Shown here one piece after another: positions 57,101 through 64,000 of a stretch of 64,000 bases of DNA (the stretch's first letter is position 1; every line of letters begins with the position of its first letter). The DNA lies in assembly GCF_963853765.1 (NCBI RefSeq), contig NC_088857.1:3658001-3722000 (forward strand), given 5' to 3'. The translations under genes and the position numbers were made by a program. This stretch comes from Magallana gigas. Taxonomy: Eukaryota. The notes under the pieces were generated by a model, which was given only the letters and a program-made list of their open reading frames with translations, had not been told where the DNA came from and ran no database searches.

Positions 57101-60100
57101 GCTGGGTCCATTAATTCTAACCCAATACAGATCTCAGAGCATTTTGTTAGCACTCTCTGGTCAATCGGTCCAAATGTTATCATTACTATCAATGCATTTC
57201 TTTGCCGTTGGAGAATCTGAATGTTTATTGAAGGATGGTGAACCCTTCATAAGGATTATCTTGTTAATTAAGAAATTTATTGATGTACATTGAATGAAAT
57301 TTCTGCTTCTGCATGCACAATGTAAAAAGCTGCGCGATATTACACACTTTAATAATTAGGTTGCGGCAAGTCGAGATTCAATTTGTTGATTATTGAGTCC
57401 ACCACTTACGGGTTGATCAATCTTTATTCCTTGTATAGTACAATTATATTGTGTCAGTGTGCTCAATTGATAAGAATTAACCATTAAAATGAAGCCTAAT
57501 ATTGGTGTAACAATTCCCCCGATCGGCCACTTTCTACTGCTGTCCCATTTATAAAGAGTCTGGTGTCCGGAATTTATGTCAGATTTTATATTGCTTCATT
57601 TCCGCTGATATGGAGGGTGGCTAAACATTTTCCCCAGTGGTCAAAATTATTAAGTTACAGATGGGGGCAATTTGTACCGTGATCAGACCAATGAAATTAT
57701 CCGACAGAAAAGGTTTGTTTATTAGATAGATCGGGAAATGACTTTGTGCTGGAATTGATGGATTTCTACTGCGGATGTCCTTCAATCCAACTGACCATAG
57801 AAAAGCTGTTTGTTAGGATAAACCTGGGCAATTCCTCTGATATCAAATTAATTCAAAACATCCCCATAAAGCTGCCCATCTGCCAATAGCAATTATGTTT
57901 AATTCTGTATACTGTATAGTATAACATCTTCTTCTCAAACCTATCGTAATTAGTCAAAAATGTACACAACACCTGAGATAGATTGTACCTTCAGAATTCT
58001 AGTGAATTAGAAGATATTGATAACTTTCCTAGAACATTGAGGCAACAGCTGCTGAAACTGAAGGACATGTTTGTTCACTGGCTATACCCCCCTCCCCCAC
58101 CCCACCCCCACCCCACCCCCCTCAGTTATTGATAAAACAGTTACAGCAACATCCCCCATTCCAAGTCTCTCTGCACCGGGATCTAACACTTTCAGGAAGC
58201 CCTTCTCCTCCAATCTTTGCTGTAGAAACTTATACCGGCCTTAGGAAAGCCCCCACTTTCTCTCTGCAAGGACCTGATGGCTGTGGATCTTCTTCAATTG
58301 ACAAAATTTCTTCATTTCCTGTGCATCTGACTGGTGTATCAATTATTCAGCAGTGAAGACATCAGTCGGGTGATCAGGCCTGGGGGATGGTTAAGCATGG
58401 ATTATCTAGGGCCTACTTCTATTATTGGGGATCAGGGGTATTCCCGGGGATTTCCAGGAAGAGCTTGGTTTTATTAAAAAGGTCAGTGAGAATTATTAAT
58501 TGTATCTGATTGGGAATCTCTGGGAGAACTCTGTGTATATATTCTGTGAGATACAAGGAATGGTAGACTGAGGTGATCCTAGCAGAATGTGAAGTATTTT
58601 AGACAGCATAGTTTAATGTTGTTTTCTATTACAATAAATGATGAGGGCCTCACAGCACTGACTTTGTACACAATGTTCAGGAAATTTAATTATAAGAGAC
58701 ATGACTGTAGTCAGTTCAACAGCCTCATCCTGATTGCCAATTTTCACAGACATGCTTGTAATTGTAACTATTTCTTATCGTTCTGTGAATGCCTGGTCAG
58801 ACAGCTTTTTCACATGCTAACTTTCATATTTATATAGATTTGTGCTCATTGATATGCTATCAGACTTTATAAGATTTTAAGTATGCTCTTATTGTGTGTA
58901 AGCTACAGTTAAGTTCATGTTTTTATGCCTGGTAAAAAAATGAGGGGTGGGGGTGGGATGACTTGTTTAGATTGTAAGTAACTGTTTCACTGGAAGTGTG
59001 CAGTTCTATTGGTTTGCCTGTCTCTTTAAAGTTTTACTTTACGTTTTTACATTTTTCCTAACGATCTTCATTGAAAAGCCAATACCGGTACCTTTTTTTT
59101 CATTACTGTTACTTTTTATCAAAACATGAGTGAATGTCAATGCAGCATAAATTCTTCCTAGAAACAATAAAGATGTTGGGCGTTACTTTTTTATTTGAAA
59201 ATTTAAAGAATATAAAATCTGTATAGTTAGCCACCATGACGCCCCACTGTGGTGGTGAGGCATTTATAATGCTGCAGTTTGCATTGAGTGGCTCCGATTC
59301 CTACGGATGGGGTGCTATGGATGATCCATGCGATAATCTGTAGAGTAACCGTGTAATGATTATAATGAGTTGTCCTGTACATAGGGTAGGATTCCGTGGA
59401 GGGAAAAAATGATGGATTGTTCCCATCCTGAGCTTCTTAATAAAGTGTTAGATAAACTTGTACAGCTGTCTGTTAACACTTCACAGGGCTACAGAGGCAG
59501 AGGATCTGATTTATAACGTAAACCGAGTGTCTCGGGTCGAGAGGGGCGGTGTTGTGTGAAATCTCACTCTATAGAAGAGGGTGTCTCCTCCGGAACCTGA
59601 AGAGATGGGCCCCTTGTCAGAATGACACTGGAATTATCTCAAAGAATTGGCAGAGCTAAAAATATCAAGGATTTCATCATTTCGCATGTCGTGTCTGTAA
59701 TTAAAGAATGTACTTTGCTTTGCATCTAGAACAGTCGCCTTAAGGATCTACATTAGAGTGATGATGCTTCATAATTATTTTGTTTTTTTGTAAAAAATGA
59801 TTATATATAAGCATCTATCAAACACCAAGAGATGTTATTCTGTGGTTGAAAGGAGCCAATTTACTGGTACCAACCAGAATCAGCAAAACTTAATCTTTTG
59901 TTCGTTTTTCTGGTACCCAATTATCCAAAGAAGTCACGTCTTTTTCACGTTTTGAGAATTGATTTCTTCTTTCTTTTGTCGTGATGTGGAAGTGAGAAAT
60001 GAGTATGAGCATAAAGATGCTGGAAAGGCGTAAAGATAATTCCGCTATGTATGTATGAAATACAGACAGCTTTAAGAAGAAGTTTGGCAGTTCTAACTGG

Positions 60101-63100
60101 GGAGAAATTAATATTTCATTCCCAGAAGTGTGTGGTTAATAATATTATCATCAAATTTCTTCATTCAATTCTGGGGTTGATATTAGGTTCAAAATGAAAA
60201 CTGACACCATGAAAGTGATACGCTAGTGTTGTATTCATTTGGTCAGGAGACACGGGGAATCAACTTCATTTCTTATAAAAGTATTCTTCAGAAGAACAGA
60301 ATATTTGAAGGAAATATGACAGAATGAAACATCTAGTTGTTGATTAGATGCCTGTGAGGATTAATTACATTGATGATTATAAAGATGTTTCCTATGTTCA
60401 GTAACTAACCATAGCTCCCAGAAGACTTTCAAGTTATATGACAATTTCTGTCTTTTGCTCCACAAGCTTAGCTGAATTTATGTCTATTCAATTTATGATT
60501 TAACTATATTTTGAAAATCACCGCTAATTTAACATGTTTAAGAAAGCAAGCTTTAATGCAGATATGCAGGGGGTATATGAGCCTTAAGCTGCTTCTGAAT
60601 CAATGGAGGATTTTTACTTGCTCTCACACACTGCTTCAGATCTTATAGAATTCTGCTAAGATTTCACTGCTTCAAATCTTATAGAATTCTGCTAAGTTGC
60701 TCACAAGCAGAGTTAAAAATGTACATAAATAAGACCTCTAACTATCTTGATAGTTTTTGTTTATAAATCATTTATCTTGGGGCGATGACCACCAGAAGTG
60801 CTAATGTAATGAATTGACAGCAGGTGCTTGTCAGGGGAAATAACTCTGTAATCTTGTCATTTCAGATGAGTCTGGTATAAAAACTGAAGAGGAAGAAGGG
60901 GAAGAAGAAAAGTCAGGCATCATGCTGGGAAAACGCAAGTTTCCGGAAAATGGGACGCAGATTATTCTAAACAAGAAAAGAAAAATACAGACTGCACCAG
61001 TCGCAAAAAATGCCCTGATGCAGCTCAATGAGATCAAACCTGGGCTTGAGTTTCAGTTTGTGGCTCAGTCTGGGCCAGTTCACGCCCCAACTTTCATCAT
61101 GAGTGTAGAGGTCAATGGGACAAAGTTTGAAGGTCAAGGACCCACCAAAAAAGCTGCTCGCCTGAGTGCAGCAGAGAAGGCCCTGAAGTCCTTTGTGCAA
61201 TTTCCAAATGCCTCTGAGGCCCATAAAGCCTTGGGGAGGCAAGTGGTTAATGACGGGGACTTCACATCGGACAATGCAGAGGCTTCAAATGACGTTCTGT
61301 TTAATAACTTTGAAACTAATTCAGAAAACGGCACCTCATGTGAGATTTTACCCAAAGACAAAAATGGCATGAACAATTTGCCGAAGGCTAGAAAATCTGT
61401 GGTGCCGTCTGTACCAGATGGTAAGAATCCTGTCATGATTCTGAACGAACTGAGGCCCAGTCTGAAGTATGACTTTGTGAAAGAACACGGTGAAAGCCAC
61501 GCCAAACATTTTGTGATGTCAGTGGTTGTGGATGGGATCAAGTTTGAAGGATCTGGTCGAAACAAGAAGCTGGCTAAATCCCGGGCCGCTCAGATGGCTC
61601 TCACCAAACTGTTCAACCTGGACTTCTCCACACATCCAGGTAATTACACTCAAAACATTTCTCCCTGTAGGAATGTAAATCAGTTCCCCACTGAAAAAAT
61701 ATTTTTGCAATTTGTAGATGTGGTTGAATTAAATATCATATCTGATAGGAAGATAAGCAACGTTTGTACAATCATTACAATTTTCCAAGAAAACAGATTC
61801 CATTAGATAATTTTAATCATTTAGAAATGTTAAGATGCCTGCTATGTATTTTTCAGGCACCAAACCAGTACCCAAAGAATCTCACACCAATGTACCCCAG
61901 GAGCTGGCAGACTTAGTCTCACGGCTCGTCCTGGAAAAATTCTGTGAACTGACGGACAATCTGACCTCTCCGTACGCCCGGAGGAAGGTGCTATCAGGGA
62001 TCGTCATGACAACCAGTGACAACGCAGAGAATGCCACTGTGATTTCCGTCTCCACGGGAACCAAGTGTATTAATGGAGAGTACATGAGTGACCAGGGTCT
62101 AGCGGTCAACGACTGTCACGCCGAGGTCATAGGTCGAAGGTCACTGATGAGATACCTGTACTTTCAGCTAGGAAAGCACTTATCTGGGAATCGACTAGAA
62201 AAGGAGTCTTCAATATTCCAGGAAAAGGAAGGAGGTGGCTTTATGCTGAAACCCAACATTCACTTTCACCTGTACATCAGTACATCTCCGTGCGGTGACT
62301 CGAGAATTTTTTCCCCTCATGAAGCAGCTCAGGAGGTGGAGGGTGGAGATAAACATCCGAATCGTAAGGCGCGAGGACAGCTGAGGACCAAGATAGAGTC
62401 TGGGGAGGGCACAATCCCTGTAACCTCCTCGGGGGGCATACAGACATGGGACGGGATTCTGGAGGGGGAGAGGCTGCTGACCATGTCCTGTAGTGATAAG
62501 ATTGCCCGCTGGAATGTCCTGGGGATCCAAGGTAAAGTGCATGTTGTATGTCATTAAACTTTAGGTGTTGGAGCTATATAAATACCTGGAAAAACTATCT
62601 GTTCTATGGTGTATGTATGTTATCAAAATTAAACAAAAAAGATTAAAAACCACAATATGTATTGTAAGAAAAGATCTTTAATATGCATATAACTTTGTGT
62701 GATGATTTTTAATTCTCTGTATTCTTATTCATTGTAGGTAGTCTCCTGAGTCACTTCATCGAGCCCGTCTACTTTGACAGCCTCATTCTTGGTAGTTTGT
62801 ATCATGGAGACCATCTATCTAGGGCTGTTTATTCACGCATATCAAACATAGAAAACATCCCATCCCCCTTCCGTCACAATCAGCCATTCATGAGCGGAAT
62901 CAGCAACCCGGAGAGTCGTCAGCCACGAAAAGCTCCGAACTTCGCTGTCAACTGGTGCGTGGGTGACGCGGGTCTGGAGGTAATTAACACGATGACTGGT
63001 AAGACGGAGCAGGGGGCGTCCTCACAGGTGTGTAAACAGGCCTTCTTCAAACGATTCCTACAGCTCTGTGGCAAAATCCCCACCCTCACTGGTCAGTCGG

Positions 63101-63258
63101 TGACTCCCCTACCCAAGGTGTACGCTGATGCTAAAGTCACAGTGATGGAGTATCAAACGGCAAAACAACAGATGTATCAAGCGTTCCAAAACGCTGGTCT
63201 AGGACGCTGGCTTAAGAAGCCTATTGAACAAGATCATTTCTTTGTATCACCGAGCTGA
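45020..63258 (+). CDS. ADARB1: Double-stranded RNA-specific adenosine deaminase, ADAR2 type, with three dsRBDs, 791 aa
   Basis: Exons 45020-45026, 47770-48111 (extra dsRBD), 48642-48698, 60866-61639 (dsRBDs [14 protein letters not shown] and [12 protein letters not shown]), 61857-62531, 62738-63258; all introns phase 1, 2376 nt. Deaminase motifs [32 protein letters not shown]. The last three exons are very secure; the first three are inferred from phase and splice sites across a gap. Confidence 0.9.
46250..46630. repeat. Low-complexity CA-rich region with ACACTGACAGAC-like repeats
   Basis: Recurrent CACTGACAGAC and TGTCACTCCAAGACACACTGTC (twice) in ADAR intron 1. Confidence 0.7.
47071..47636. 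mobile_element. ~565-bp MITE with imperfect TIRs
   Basis: TATATGATAAGGGCCTAAAATGGCCCC ... GGGGCAAAATTCAACTCATATCATATA. Confidence 0.65.
49949..50077. other. Assembly gap (129 N)
   Basis: Run of N within ADAR intron 3. Confidence 0.99.
51127..51179. repeat. (GA)n microsatellite
   Basis: About 25 uninterrupted GA units. Confidence 0.97.
51720..52085 (+). mobile_element. Hairpin-ended element (Crypton-like, inferred)
   Basis: 5' CTGATTGG motif; terminal palindrome ~51940-52080 with loop CCTCCGCTTCGCGTC. Confidence 0.7.
52380..58860 (-). pseudogene. Decayed coding tract of unidentified origin inside ADAR intron 3
   Basis: Minus-strand frames with few stops: 54852 to ~54030 (~275 codons, 5 stops) and ~58860 to 58140 (~240 codons, ~9 stops). 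[14 protein letters not shown] at ~52475-52435 resembles an aspartic-protease active site. Confidence 0.45.
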
Positions 63259-64000
63259 TAAAAAGTGTGTGTGTTAGATAGTGAATCTTCCATGACCCCA
63301 AATGTTCAACATTTGTCAGACTTCATTGGGTGTTTTTCGTCATCCTGTTTGGTGTGTTCTAATTGAGAGGGTCCACTGAGACCTTGTAGTGACTCTTACA
63401 GAAGATGAGCAAGTGAGTTTTTGTGTCAGCTTGCTTCATCAAACTTTTTTATCAGACTTCAGTCATCTACCAATAAATGTCAGAAATGACCCATGTGGCC
63501 AATCCGAGCATTCTCCATTAGATTCAGCATTCCTGTTTGACAGTAGTGATTGTGGAGGCTCATCCTTTTTGCTGTAATATAAATGCTTCCGATTAATTCT
63601 GAGGTTTAAGACTTCACAGGCAGAAATTTGAGGGGGCAACTTCACAAGAAGTCGCTGTTTTTTCTTTTGAATCCTGTATCATGTTATTAGTAACTAATTC
63701 TAGAATTTATTCCATTAACTGTAAGAACTGATTATGTCCTTGAGAACTGATCACTGCATTTGATGCTCTAGGAATTATTTACTTGAGAGGAACTATTTAT
63801 AGACAAACGTTAATTTTGTTTTATGTGCGAGCCAGCTGGTTCCGAGGACCTAGTTTACCACTCCAAGTTGTCTCCCCTTGATACAGAGTTTAACAATCAA
63901 TATGTATTACGCGTCTGAAAATTTGTTCTATTTATATGTTTGTGTGAATGTGTATATTTATCAATTTTTCAACCTTGTGATGAGATCATTTCTACATTTT

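Noticed and set aside
62305-62325. Drosophila-type ADAR self-editing S/G site (RIFSPHE)
   Set aside because: The serine is encoded by TCC here, which A-to-I editing cannot recode.
60922-63258. Assignment as ADAR1 because three dsRBDs are present
   Set aside because: No Z-alpha domain is seen, and the dsRBD and deaminase sequences ([33 protein letters not shown]) are ADAR2-like.

Overview
AT-rich animal genomic DNA with spliceosomal introns and a 129-N assembly gap (49949-50077). The repeat content (Helentron-type HINEs carrying ~170-180 bp satellite units, many MITEs) points to a bivalve, probably an oyster (inference). Hand-spliced genes, left to right: a possible small single-pass membrane protein (minus strand, left edge); three intact tandem IFI44/IFI44L-like genes (TLDc + P-loop domain, 6 coding exons, ~470 aa each); a 237-aa type III membrane protein with a tyrosine-repeat tail; Ku80/XRCC5 (21 exons, 729 aa, one probable U12 intron); and an ADAR2-type deaminase (791 aa). 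The ADAR2 gene has an extra, third dsRBD on an in-frame skippable exon and a perfect ISRE 16 nt before its predicted ATG. IRF-type elements also precede all three IFI44L copies, so the best candidate system is an IRF-wired antiviral/nucleic-acid-response neighbourhood. Introns and intergenic DNA hold a DIRS remnant, a 1.44-kb foldback, hairpin-ended Crypton-like elements, HINEs, MITEs and a ~7-kb decayed coding tract of unknown origin. All gene models were built by eye from splice signals and reading frame; no database search was run.
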